Assembly: GCF_000315625.1 (NCBI RefSeq)
Contig: NW_005434573.1
Location: forward strand, 222,390 to 258,464
From: Guillardia theta CCMP2712
Lineage: Eukaryota > Protista > Cryptophyta
Direction: 5' to 3'
DNA length: 36,075 nucleotides
Translations under genes and position numbers: made by a program
Shown: positions 1 to 10,572 of the stretch, in pieces
Position numbering within the stretch: the stretch's first letter is position 1
Layout: every line of letters begins with the position of its first letter
Notes under the pieces: model-generated
The model's input: only the letters and a program-made list of their open reading frames with translations
Told to the model about the DNA's origin: nothing
The model's database searches: none

Positions 1-174
1 GAGCGGTACCGTGTTCCTGTGTCCAGCCTCCCTCCGTCCGCTGGCCCGGGCGCACTCCTCGGGCAGCGCCGGCTCCTTGTCGGCGGCTGCCCTTTCTCCG
101 TCCGCGCCCCGCCCGCTTTGTGGCGGCAGCGGACGTCTCGACTGACAGTGGTCAGTCGGCTGCTTCCGGGGATG

Positions 175-665
175 GCGTCTAAGGGATTGAAGGTCAGTCG
201 GTGCCTCCGGGTATCGCGTGACCCTTCGGCTGCTTGTGTGCGCGGCTTCGCGCTCAGGCTTGCCAGGGCTGGCGCTGCCGCGTCTGGGTGCCAGCAGTGC
301 TGGTTCTTCTCGGGCTTGTGTTTTGTGCGTGATTGTGCAGCTTCTCGCTGTGCACTGTGTGCCTGGAGGTTTAGCTTTTTCCTGCTTTATTTTGCTAGAG
401 GCACTTTTTACCTTCTGCCAGTAAATCCATCACAGTCGCGTCTAAGGGATTTTCTTCCTCCTGCATGCTCCTGCTGCTTGTTGCTTGATTGCAAGTTGAC
501 CCTTAGGCTGCTTGTCTGCGCGGCTTCAGTGCTGGTTCTTCTCGGGCTTGTGTTTTGTGTGTGATTGTGCAGCTTCTCGCTGTGCGCTGTGTGCCTGGAG
601 GTTCAGCTTTTTCCTGCCACGGCTTTGTTTTGCTTGAGGCACTTTTTACCTTCTGCCAGTAAATC
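175..665. repeat. Imperfect tandem direct duplication (copies ~175-427 and ~438-665)
   Basis: GCGTCTAAGGGATT at 175-188 and 438-451; TGACCCTT(C/A)GGCTGCTTGT..GCGCGGCTTC starting at 219 and 497; near-identical block CAGTGCTGGTTCTTCTCGGG...CCAGTAAATC at 295-427 and 527-665. Copy 1 carries an extra ~43 nt. Confidence 0.9.
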
Positions 666-719
666 AGGGCCGACATCGGGTCCTTGCTCAGCGCTCGATG
701 CCTCTTGAGGATGCGGCGT

Positions 720-1193
720 TTGTTGCCCGGCCGCCCCGCCCGACCCCGTTGATCGGATCGGACCGGGTCGGCGGCCCTCAGCCGGACGGTCCCGGGGCGG
801 CGCGGCTCCCGGACTGGCGGCTCATCAAGTTATGGGGCTGGCAGTGAGCGGCTCGGCCGGCGGCTGAGTCGAGGGAATCGACTCTGAAACTTGATGGAGG
901 ATGTGACCTCTTACCGTGGCTTCCGAAGAAGTCTGCGGCCCGGCGGCCCCCCCGGACCCGACCGGCCCGGTCGCCGGACCGGGTGCCCGGCGCGGCGCGG
1001 GCCCCCGGCCCCCGGCGCGGCCACGGACTCGGAACTGAACGTGACGGCAGCCTCACCCCAGTGACGGCAGTCACACTCGCCGGGCCGCCGCCGTGTGAGG
1101 GACGTGACGTTTGGAGGGACATGTTGGGGGACGTGATCGAGGGACATGATCGGAGTAAGTTCATGCCCAAAGCTCCCTCTCTTTTTTTTCTTT
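720..1193. other. GC-rich, hairpin-dense element ending in a T-tract (possible mobile-element terminus or structured RNA)
   Basis: Inverted repeats CATCAAGTT (823-831)/AACTTGATG (888-896) enclosing GAGTCGA/TCGACTC (866-884); TCACAC/GTGTGA (1071-1098); GTGACGGCAG x2 (1041, 1061); GGGAC(G/A)TG x4 (1099-1148); T8CT3 at 1182-1193. Confidence 0.4.
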
Positions 1194-1199
1194 ACAAAC

Positions 1200-2340
1200 T
1201 ATTTTATAGCTAAAATTACCACCCTACCCCTGAGCACCACCAGCACTCAACTGCACACCAACTTCGATCAGCACCCGTGATCGTGGTGTCAAGAACTTGC
1301 ACTACCCACCAGAAGTAGGAGTTTTCGTTGGTACAAGCACCCCTCCTACTTTTGTAACCCCCTCTCTTGAAGTCAGCTGCGACTTGGAGTTGCCGGGGTT
1401 TGAGTCAGCACCCCACCCCCACTCCCAACACCCACCCCCGAGGTTGAAACGTAAAAGAAGGACCGAGTCCTCTCGAGGCAAAACCTGAGGTGTACGTGAC
1501 ATCGGGGGAATGCTTGGGGTTGGGTGGGGGTTGGGGTGGAAGGGGCGTAAATCAGGGGATGGTGGTTCAGGGTAGCATGGAGGGGTGGTGGTACAGGCTG
1601 GACAGCAAAGGCTGTCAAATCAAATTTTGAAAGGATTCCTGCAAGGGTGGGGTACTCCAAGTTGTGTTCAAGAAGGGGGTCAGGTAGTGTCAATTTCATG
1701 AGGTGGGGTAGGGTACCTCTCTTAATCGACCGTGCCCTCACACTAGTCCCATGTCACATGGGCAACACAGGGTCTGGATCGATGAGGGTCATGACCCCCA
1801 CCTACTCCTTCCTGGTTGATTTTCCTTCTTGGTTCCGAAAAGTTTGCAAGAAGGGTCATAACCCCCACCCCCTCGTAGAACTGCCACACACATTGCGGCA
1901 CTGCTAGGTTCTACTTGGAAGTTCGGTCTCCCCAAGACCACCTTACCCTTGCCAAGGGGTCCTCAACATAATCTACGGGTACTTTTGATTATCAAAATCA
2001 CCCCTCTATTTGGACTTTCGAATAACCCTACCCCTCTCTGTGTTTCTCTCATGTTGTACTCCCCCGACTTTTACCCCGAATTCCAACCCCACCCACCAGA
2101 GTCCATACTACCCACCATTGTGGATTCCTTCCCACCCCCCAATCAATTCAATTATTTACCCATACGTAAACAATCACCCCACCAGTACCTTGTATCCCAC
2201 CACCCCCTATGTCAGGATCATTTGCCGGAGTAGACACCCCTATGCCATAGTACCCCTACCCCTTGATTAACATCAACCCCATCAACCCTGTCTCTTCCCA
2301 CACTACCCCTACCTTCAAAACCATCACCCCCACCCCCCGT
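1200..2340. other. Non-coding G-run/C-run, GTAC-rich domain with a G-quadruplex motif
   Basis: Dense CCCC/GGGG runs switching strand in blocks; GGGGTTGGGTGGGGGTTGGGG at 1516-1536; no splice-consistent ORF found. Confidence 0.55.
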
Positions 2341-2442
2341 CGTATTTTTCAACTTTCATTATTATTTATTTGTCTCCCGCAAGCTTCGCTCTTGTAATTC
2401 CCTTGCTTGCCGCCTCTTCTCATAGACAACGAAGCCCCATCT

Positions 2443-2487
2443 TCCTCCTCCTCCTCCTCCTCCTCCTCCTCCTCCTCCTCCTCCTCC
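2443..2487. repeat. (CCT)n microsatellite
   Basis: Direct reading. Confidence 0.95.
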
Positions 2488-2718
2488 TACTACTCCTCTC
2501 CTTGTTACGCTTTCCCCATCCTAGTTCTGCAAGCTGTTTACCTCTCTCAATTCATCCCTTACATTTCTGTTTCTTTTGTTGCGACTCGTTGCTTTTCACA
2601 GCAAGCGTTCGTAGTCCTTCATTGTTTGTTGTGGCGAGCTGCTCTGAATAGCTCTTCACATCTTGACATTTTGTGGATTTACATCTCCATTTGACAACCC
2701 AACAAGCATCATAGCGAA

Positions 2719-3273
2719 ATGGGATCGATCGTATCAGTATCTTCAATTCCCACCATACTTCCCGTGTCCGGGCAGGTTCTGATTCCTAGCCAGTGCCCAT
2801 CAGCGCAGAGGCGACATCGTGTCCATCGCTCGAACTCACTTACTCACGAGAAGCCACTTCGTATCCATCACAAGAAATTTGCGGAGATATGTCGAAATGA
2901 CCAAGAAAAGACAACGTTTTCGCGATCTTGTTCAGATCATGTGCTTTGTCAGCGCAAGGATCGACTGGAAGTTGAGACTCCCGGCAAGGTTATGGCCAAG
3001 CCTTCTAACAGGCTCAAATGCCCAAGGGCTTGACTTCAGCAGTCATGGGATACAGGTTGTAGAGGTTGTACATTATGTCTGTAAAATGTCGCGAAGTAAT
3101 AAACCCTAACATGACTATAGACTCTCTGAGCTATTCTTGTATGCTTCGTTCTGACGCAGCATATCCAGGAGGCCCTTACTGAACGCAAGAATCGTAGAAA
3201 ACTTGAACAAGCCGTTGATGGGAGAAGGAATAATACCATGAAGACCCGCTTGCAAGAATCCTACAACACCTAG
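2719..3273 (+). CDS. Possible small multi-exon hypothetical gene (model uncertain)
   Basis: ATG at 2719, several short GT-AG intron-like segments, candidate terminal exon HIQEALTERKNRRKLEQAVDGRRNNTMKTRLQESYNT*. I could not join all exons in one consistent phase. Confidence 0.3.
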
Positions 3274-3286
3274 TCATTCCTTTACG

Positions 3287-4718
3287 TTAACATGTCATCT
3301 TGTCTCCACCAGTCAGGCACATCCCCTGTGCATGCTCTTCGTACATCGCTGAGCTGATCCAACGCAGCTTGATTTCGCACCTGCGAGAGCTGAGTAGTAC
3401 GAACTTGAGCATCTGAAGAAGCACCTCACACATGAGTAATGGAGCCTCGCGCACCACATCGCCCTTCGCACAGAGGAAGTGGCATGTCCTGTAAAACTCT
3501 TCCACGTGCTTGCCCGTCTGCAAAGCGATCTCGTTCACCTTCACCTGCTGTTGAGAAGGGCAGCACCTCAGGATAGTAATACGCCCGCGCACTGCCTTGT
3601 CTCTGCTCTGCCAGCAGCCGCGAGGCCTCGCTGGGAGCCCCAGTCATCACCTGCTCACAAGTCATCCCAAGCTCGAGCCTCGCAGTTGCCTTCACGTTGC
3701 CAGGAGTGAAGAACAACTTCTGCCACGAGTGCCCTCGGGCCTGAATCTTCGACTGCGAGCCATCGCACGCACCCCCTCCCTTGCCGGATCAAGCAGCCTG
3801 AACCCAACCGCAGACACCCTCTAAGCCACTGGCTAGCCTCCGATTCCTGCACCACACACACACCGAGTCTTCTGTTGGATAGTCAGCTGACTATCCTCTT
3901 CAAGGGGTCGGAGGTGCCGACCTGTCGTAGGTGTCTGACGAGGTTGCGCATGTTGAGTGGCAGGAGCTGTAAAAAGCAGCGACGGCCTTCCTGTCCTCGT
4001 AGCTGTACCAGAAGGATCCTGATTCGTCCATGTTGCTTTGCAGGATCTTGGCACCCTGAAGAATCACGTGAGCTCCACTGCCCTCGTGCTGCCCTTCACC
4101 ACCGCAGCATCAAAGTTGCACTGGGCCCACGTCTGCATCGCCATGGCAGCGAACGCAACTCGATTCTCAAGCTTGCACATCCTAGAGGAGCTTCAGGCGA
4201 TGGCTTGTGAAACGGTCTCACCTCGAGGCAGGGTTGAACAAGTCTGAAGGATCCGCGCACAGCGCTGCTGCTCTGATCAACTTCCTCTGCTCCTCCTGCG
4301 GTCTGGTAGAACCCCAGCGGATCGCAAATACAAACAGCGAGATGACCATGATGAGGCCGCCCACCAGAGTCATCAGCCTTGCCTGCATGCAGTCTTGTGG
4401 GATCAAGAGACCAAGACTCGCGTTACCTTGCGCTTCAGTTCTCCCTTCATGTGCACTGACATGTGGCCGCCTTGGTCCAGCTGAAGGACACACGTCAAGA
4501 TGGACCGGAAGGGAAGGACGAGGACGTGCCTGGTTGAGCTTTTGCTGTAAACTTGACCGCAAGGACTCTGTCGCCTCCTTCCACCAGTCCAGGGAAGCAA
4601 CATGTGAGCTGTCTTCGCCTTCCGACGCCACGCCAGGCGATCGCGAGGAAGGAGCCACGTCATGGGTGGTGGAGTGAAGGATGAAGGTGCGGACTTCATC
4701 TTGGCTGGCTTGACTCAT
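3287..4718 (-). CDS. Multi-exon hypothetical single-pass membrane protein
   Basis: Exon-like segments MSQASQDEV..WWKEATESLRSSLQQKLNQ, hydrophobic LMTLVGGLIMVISLFVFAIRW, and downstream exons (RITILRCCPSQQQVKVNEIALQTGKHVEEFYRTCHFLC) separated by short GT-AG introns. Confidence 0.5.
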
Positions 4719-5086
4719 GCCTGCGCACCTCTCAGCATCATCTATCTTCACTTCACTGGTTCTTCCCTCTTCACTACGATTGGTTCCCCTACCCCCTCCT
4801 TTCCTCCTCTCCGTGCCAGGAGCTCATCGTTGCCTACCCCCGTACAGAACATGATCCATCCTCGTATCCATCCTCGTATCCCTGATGGCTGGTTCACTTC
4901 CTACCCGCTCTCTGGGAGTAGAAGGACGGGAGTTACAGGTGAAGCGAACGACGCGAGAAATGCGAGAGGAGTGAAAGGGACGACCTGCCGTCTGTTCCTT
5001 GCTCCCTTCTCCTCGTACTCTCCAATCCTCTGTGAAGAGAGGGAGGAGGAGGGTGGAGAGGCAGGACACGAAGAGGGAGGAGGGGC

Positions 5087-7855
5087 ATGAGAAGGGAGGG
5101 GAGGGAGGGGAGGGAGGGGAGGGAGGGGAGGGAGGGGAGCTGGATCAGGAGCATGGGATCTAGCATTGGATCTGGCATCTGCGTAACTGGATCAGGGGGG
5201 GATGGGGGCCATGATTTCTTTTTAAAACTTTTGATAGGCCAACTTGGCCTCAATCATCATGCTGGGGCGATCGAGAAGCGATGGAAGGGACGCGTGGGGA
5301 CAGAGAGGAGGAGGAGGAGGAAGAGGAGCAGGTGGGGATGCTCTGTTACGATCACTAAGGAGGTAGGAGGCATCTTCACTGCCTGCGCTCTCTCTTGCGT
5401 CAGTCACTCAGGCATGCGCTCAGCGTTGAGAACGAGGAAGACCTCTTGTCCCTCCAGGTGGATCGCGAGGAGCTGACGTAGCATTGTCCTCCTCCTTCGT
5501 CCCCTCCTAACAGATTCTGATGCAGCATGCTCCTTGATCAGAGCCATCACCGTGTCAAGATGCTCGAAGCTGAGGTCACGGAACATCACGCTATGGCACT
5601 TGAGCAGGTCCCTCCCTAGGCTTCTGCTGACTCAGGACCTTGTCTTACCATCCTCTCCTTTCGTCTCCTGCCCTGCCCTGCCTTGCCTTGCACGCTTCCT
5701 TCAGTCCCTTCTCTCTACGCCATCTCTTCTGCTTGTCAAGTTTGCTCGTGGTTATGCTGATGCGGCTGATGCGATCAGGCGGAGCGTCTCGTCAAGGAGC
5801 TCGACGAAGTTCAGGAAGAGGTGAGGGAGGGAAGACAATGGGGAGCTTCCTTGAGATCGAGAATTTCGACAGCTAAGGAGAGAAAGGGAGGAGAAAGAGA
5901 CATTCAAGTCTGCTGCATACGAGTCCTACCAGATCAGTATCATTTCTTCTACCTCTACCTCTACCTCTACCTCTACCTTGTCATCTTCTTCCCCTATCTC
6001 TTTCTTTTATTTGCATCCAATTGATTCCCTTTACAGGTGAAAAGTTTGCAGAGAAGTTACGAAAGGAGGGTCATAAACGAAAGGAGACGCTTCTTAGGAT
6101 GCAGAAGGTGAGGGCCTATCCGCAGATTTGCGAAGGTTGACGTTAGCTGTCAGATCTACCTCCAGGCGTACTTCAGGTCCCTTCCCCTCTTGCTTCTCCT
6201 CTTGTGTTCCCTCAGTCGCCTTGACGTGGCAGGAGGCGAGATCAAGCATGCTGTCGCGATGTCTTCAGTTGTTGGAAGGAGGAGAGTCACCTCAGCTTTC
6301 TGGTCGCTCAGTCATGTAGCAGTGACCCCGTCTCCTCTCCTCTCTCACTGTCTGTTGGCAGACGCGCGGGCTACAGGTCGTAAGAGAGCAAGTGAGGACG
6401 AGAATCGCGTGTCGCCTGCTCTCAAACCCTCCAGGTCGCTTGCTCGAGCGCGGAATGTGTGCCTGGAGGGCCTGGGCTGATGAGAAGCTGGCGGACAAGC
6501 GATTGATGCAGCAGAAGCGACGGAAGCGGTTGGTGAAGCAAAGATGATGCAGGAGAGGAAGGGAGAAGAGGAAGAGGGCCGGGGAGGGAGAATGGGGGGG
6601 GGAAGAGGAGCAAAATGTTAACGAAAGTCAGGCAAAGGCGATATCTGCGGGATACGTGGAGCAAACTTTTGCAGGCTCGGGGGCGGGGGCAGGAGATCCT
6701 TGAAAGTTTGATGGAAACGGTCGGGTAGGAGAAGGCGGTTGAGAGGGGGCTGAGGGATGAGAGGCAGGAAGAAGCAGCGGCAGCTGAGCTCGTAGCGCTT
6801 GTCATGTCCAGCTGGAAGACCTGCTTGCTGATCGCGTCGACTCGCTCGAATGTTTCCCCAGCAGCCGATGAGTCGACGGCAGGAGGTCAAGGAGCTGGAC
6901 AAAGTGACGTACGCGCTGACTTGAGCTGAAGCCCAGCAGAAGCTCTCCAGAGACTCTCGCGGCAGCAAGCTTTGTCTTGGGGCTCTGCTGGCGTGGAAAA
7001 GAGTCCAACTAGAGGCGAAGAGGCTCGCGGCTCGTGGCTCGCAGGTTTCTCAGCTGTCAGGGAGTGAGAGTGTGACTCGAGCAGGCTCAGGCCAAGCGAG
7101 CGCGGGGGATGATGTGGAGGGGTGTGGGGAGTCTGCTGATGAATGCGAGGAGGAGGAGGAGGAGGAGGAGGATAGAAGAGACACGAAGAGCGAGGAGTCG
7201 TCTTGTTACTCTCTCCTGCTTCAGAATGTGGAAGGTGACACTCAGCTCTTCGCCTCATCCTGTTTCCCTCCAACTGCTCATCCCCATCCTCTTCCTCGTC
7301 TCCCTCTCTCAATCTTTTGCAGGCGGAGGCGCGAAGGTCTCGTCCAAGGGACTCGCTCGTCCGGTTGCTGTTCGCGGCCTCGAGAGCCTTCGAGCTCCTA
7401 CTGAGCCTTCGAGCATGGAGCAGCTTCAGCGCCCAGACCAAGTCGAGCAGGAGAAGCCGAAGGCGACGAGCCGAGAGCCTAATGCTCGCCAGAGTGAGGA
7501 GGAGAGTGATGGGGAGGAGGCGATGACAGTCGTTGTAGACGTTCTTCACATGGGCTTTATACAGCAAGCTGAAGGTTTGGCAGTGCTGTCAAGGAGAAGC
7601 GATTTCAGAGGTAGAGGAAGAGAAGAGGGGGAGGTGAGGAGGGCGGAAGATATTTGCTGACAGTTTGATCAGTACATGCTTGACCAGCTCCGGAAACGTC
7701 ACGTCAGCACTGGCGGAAGAGCTGAGCAGCGAGATGGGGAGGAAAAGGAGGAGGAGGTCGATGAGATCGCGCGGAGGTTGCGAGGCGAATCAGGAGGAGA
7801 GGCGTCGGGATCTGAGAGGGGATGTGGTCAGGTCAACCAGGATGACAGCAGGTAA
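5087..7855 (+). CDS. Multi-exon coiled-coil protein with repeated (F/L)xxW(K/R) segments (possibly Sfi1/centrin-binding-like); both ends uncertain
   Basis: Exons HALSVENEEDLLSLQVDREELT|MLLDQSHHRVKMLEAEVTEHHAMALEQ|AERLVKELDEVQEE join in phase; further exons include EKFAEKLRKEGHKRKETLLRMQK, DVFSCWKEE, ERGMCAWRAWADEK, LSCFRMWK and LSLRAWSSF. An alternative last exon could extend to ~8020. Confidence 0.5.
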
Positions 7856-7978
7856 GAGTTTCCCCCGGCTACCCCCCGAGCTGAACTCCATCAAACTCCT
7901 CCAGGCACTCGCTGCTCCAGCAACGTCTTCGCTTCTATCGACTGCTGGCACAGGGCACTTGCCCGGCTAGAGCCCAGC

Positions 7979-9896
7979 TCAGCTCTTGAGCTGGTCCGCT
8001 CTCTTGAGGTCAGTGCCTGAGCTCCTCGCCTCCTCTGCCTGCCTCCTCTCCTTGGCTCGCTGGTTGTTCGGGTAGTTACCCCATGAGCCAGCTGTTTGCG
8101 CATAGAAGTCCATCGGATAGACCTGCTCGGCGTCAGCTGGGCACCGACACGTTTCTCTCACCTCCTGCCACTCGGCAGTCTTGAGAGCAACTTGAAGTTC
8201 GTAGGAGGAGAGGAGAGGCACATGAAACAGATGCCCCCAGTCGATCGACAGCCTCGGACAAGCCACCTGCTCTCCTTTCAGCCCACCCCCCCCCCCCCCC
8301 CTTTCCCACACGCACCTGTACCCACGCCCCGACATCTTGAAACATGGCAAGTTTTGCTACGAGCTTGTCAAAGGCAGGGGAGGAGGGGGAGGGGGAGGGG
8401 GAGGGGGAGGAGGAGGAAAGTAGAGGTGGGAATCAAGACGTCCTGCGGACCTGGGGTTATCTCGGAGAGGAGGATGACCAGGTAGTGCTTGCCAGCAGCC
8501 TCCAGCGATGCCTTGATGTGTGTGAGGATGTTTGGATTCCCCTGCCTCCCTAGCGTTCCTGTGCACCCCTCAGCTCTCTCGTCCTCCCTCCCTCCTTTCT
8601 TCATCAGCCTCCGCCTTCCCTTTCTCTCTCCTCTCCTACCAAGAATGATCCCGATACTGCTCGCCATCGCTGCCTCCTCGATCGCCTTCTTTCGGTTGTA
8701 GCGCATCTGCTCGTGCGAATATGCCTCCGCCGACATGACTTTGCTGAGAGGCATGCCTGGGTGAGGGCCGGGAGACGGAAGGAAGGGGAAGGAGGGGCAG
8801 GAGGGGAGGGAGGAGGAGGAGACATGGAGAGAGGGAGGGAGGGAAGGAGGGTCGGACCTGTAGGGGTCGTAGCGGAAGGCAGGGATGGAAGGGTTCGCGA
8901 TCATCATCGCCTCGAGGTGAAATCTTCCGTCGCCCACGTAGATCATCGCGTCCACCTCCTCCGCCTTCACTTGAGGAGCCGTACAGCCCAGCACCTCCCC
9001 CTTGGAGAGAGGACGCGCCTGCGGGACCTCGATGCTCTGATAATGCTCCTGAAGCTGCGGCCGGATCTGCGATGGCGCAGGAAGTGAAACCCGAGCTCTA
9101 GCTCAGGACGAGAAGCAGCGCGAGGTACCTTGTGGAGGCTCCCGACGAACTGAATGGTGGAGACGAGGAGAAGGCGCTGCGAGGATTCGAAGTTGTGGAG
9201 GATGGAGCGGAGGAGGTGATCGGAATCGATCTGGCAGCGAGGAGGGTCAGAGGGAGTTGGTAGCGCAAGAGAGTCAGTGGACCTCGATCTCGACGAACAC
9301 GTAGAGGACAGGCATCACGCAGGTGTCGATGGGGACGAGGCAGCTGTGCCCGTAATGCACCAGCAGCTCAGCTCCCAGCGCTCTTGCCGTCAGGTCGTCG
9401 ATGCAGCATGCGCTGCCGGTCCTGTCAGTGCCCGGGAGGCAGGGGAGGGGCTTACCCATAGGTCACGTCGCCAAGGATAATGACGTCGACGGCACAGAAG
9501 CGCTGGAAGATGTCGGCAAGAGGGCACGCGAACATCTGCAGTCCCTCCGGGAGCTGCAGCGCGACAGTACCAACCTGCCCGAGTTGAGGGAGAAAGCTGA
9601 GCATGAACGAGTCGTACCTTCGCCTGCCGTATCCTCCACACTGTCTTGTGGATCTCAAAGTTGTAGTTGGAGGGAAGTAGCTCTCCTATCGCCCTCCCCA
9701 GTTCTTCGTCCTTCAAAATCTCTTCCGGCACGGAATGCACAATCCTTCCCGCCTGCCCTCTTGCGCGTGGCACGACAGCCTTGCCTTCCTTTCTCTCAAG
9801 AGCAGCTCGAACCGGATCACTCTGGTCTTCACTGTCCCCCTGCCTCTCCTCCTCCTTCCTCCTCCTCCCCACAAACCTGCGCGGACCTTTCTCCAT
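7979..9896 (-). CDS. DPH1: Diphthamide biosynthesis protein 1 (radical-SAM, 2-(3-amino-3-carboxypropyl)histidine synthase subunit), ~10 exons
   Basis: Spliced motifs [31 protein letters not shown]|[65 protein letters not shown]; the three Fe-S-binding Cys motifs are present. Confidence 0.97.
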
Positions 9897-9936
9897 GCTC
9901 GCCCCCCGTGCTAGTTTGCCAGCCCCTCTTCCCCGC

Positions 9937-10020
9937 TCATCCCCCTCATCCCCCTCATCCCCCTCATCCCACTCATCCCCCTCATCCTCATCATCCCCCT
10001 CATCCTCATCATCTCCCTCA
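9937..10020. repeat. Degenerate 9-bp tandem repeat (CATCCCCCT)n
   Basis: Direct reading, just upstream of the DPH1 start. Confidence 0.85.
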
Positions 10021-10059
10021 TACCCCCGTCTCTACGTCTACGTTTCACTCTACGACAAC

Positions 10060-10560
10060 TCAGGGGGTGGGGTACTTGACTACGGGTACTTTTGACCAAG
10101 ACTATCTCTTCCTCAATGGGGTTTGAAATCGAGAGGGGGTACTGGCGAGCGTGGGTGTTTGTTCTATATTAGTAGGACAGTACAATCAATTGGTAGCATA
10201 TGATTATATCTCAGTACTTTTGATTGTACGTCAGAAGCAATTTTAGGATATAAGTTTTACTTATAAATATTTATTGAACACTCTTTTTCAATACAAATTA
10301 TATTAACAATACAATATAAATGAACCTTCAGTATCATCATTCACACCTACCGTACCAGGGGTTCTTTTACATATTAAAAGTTATATATAGGACCACCTCC
10401 AAATAGACGAGGTACCCCAGTACCCTGCCTTATTTCATGGAGACATAGAAGTACCGGTGTAAATGAGCGATTATCACCCACCATGTGTAGCTCAAGGGAA
10501 CCCAGTGACGCTACATACCCCTCCTTTCATATTCCACCCTACCCCTCCGTCATCACAACC
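10060..10560. promoter_or_regulatory. Putative bidirectional promoter between DPH1 and V-ATPase c''
   Basis: Head-to-head genes; AT-rich core ~10180-10390 with TATA-like words, flanked by GGGGTAC/GTACCCC-rich arms. Confidence 0.4.
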
Positions 10561-10572
10561 CTTGCCGCCGCC

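Noticed and set aside
19-564. 181-aa Cys/Leu-rich plus-strand ORF
   Set aside because: It runs across the tandem duplication with frame-shifting indels between copies and has no recognisable domain.
1041-1148. CRISPR-like short repeats
   Set aside because: Repeats are 8-10 nt with very short, irregular spacing, in a eukaryotic context with no cas genes.
778-1170. 130-aa minus-strand ORF, or an RNase MRP/P, SRP or telomerase RNA identity for the GC-rich element
   Set aside because: The ORF is explained by high GC content; diagnostic conserved regions or a telomeric template were not found by eye.
4933-5589. Minus-strand ORFs (e.g. MMFRDLSFEHLDTVMALIKEH) as a gene
   Set aside because: The plus strand gives phase-consistent exons with proper splice sites; these ORFs are antisense shadows.
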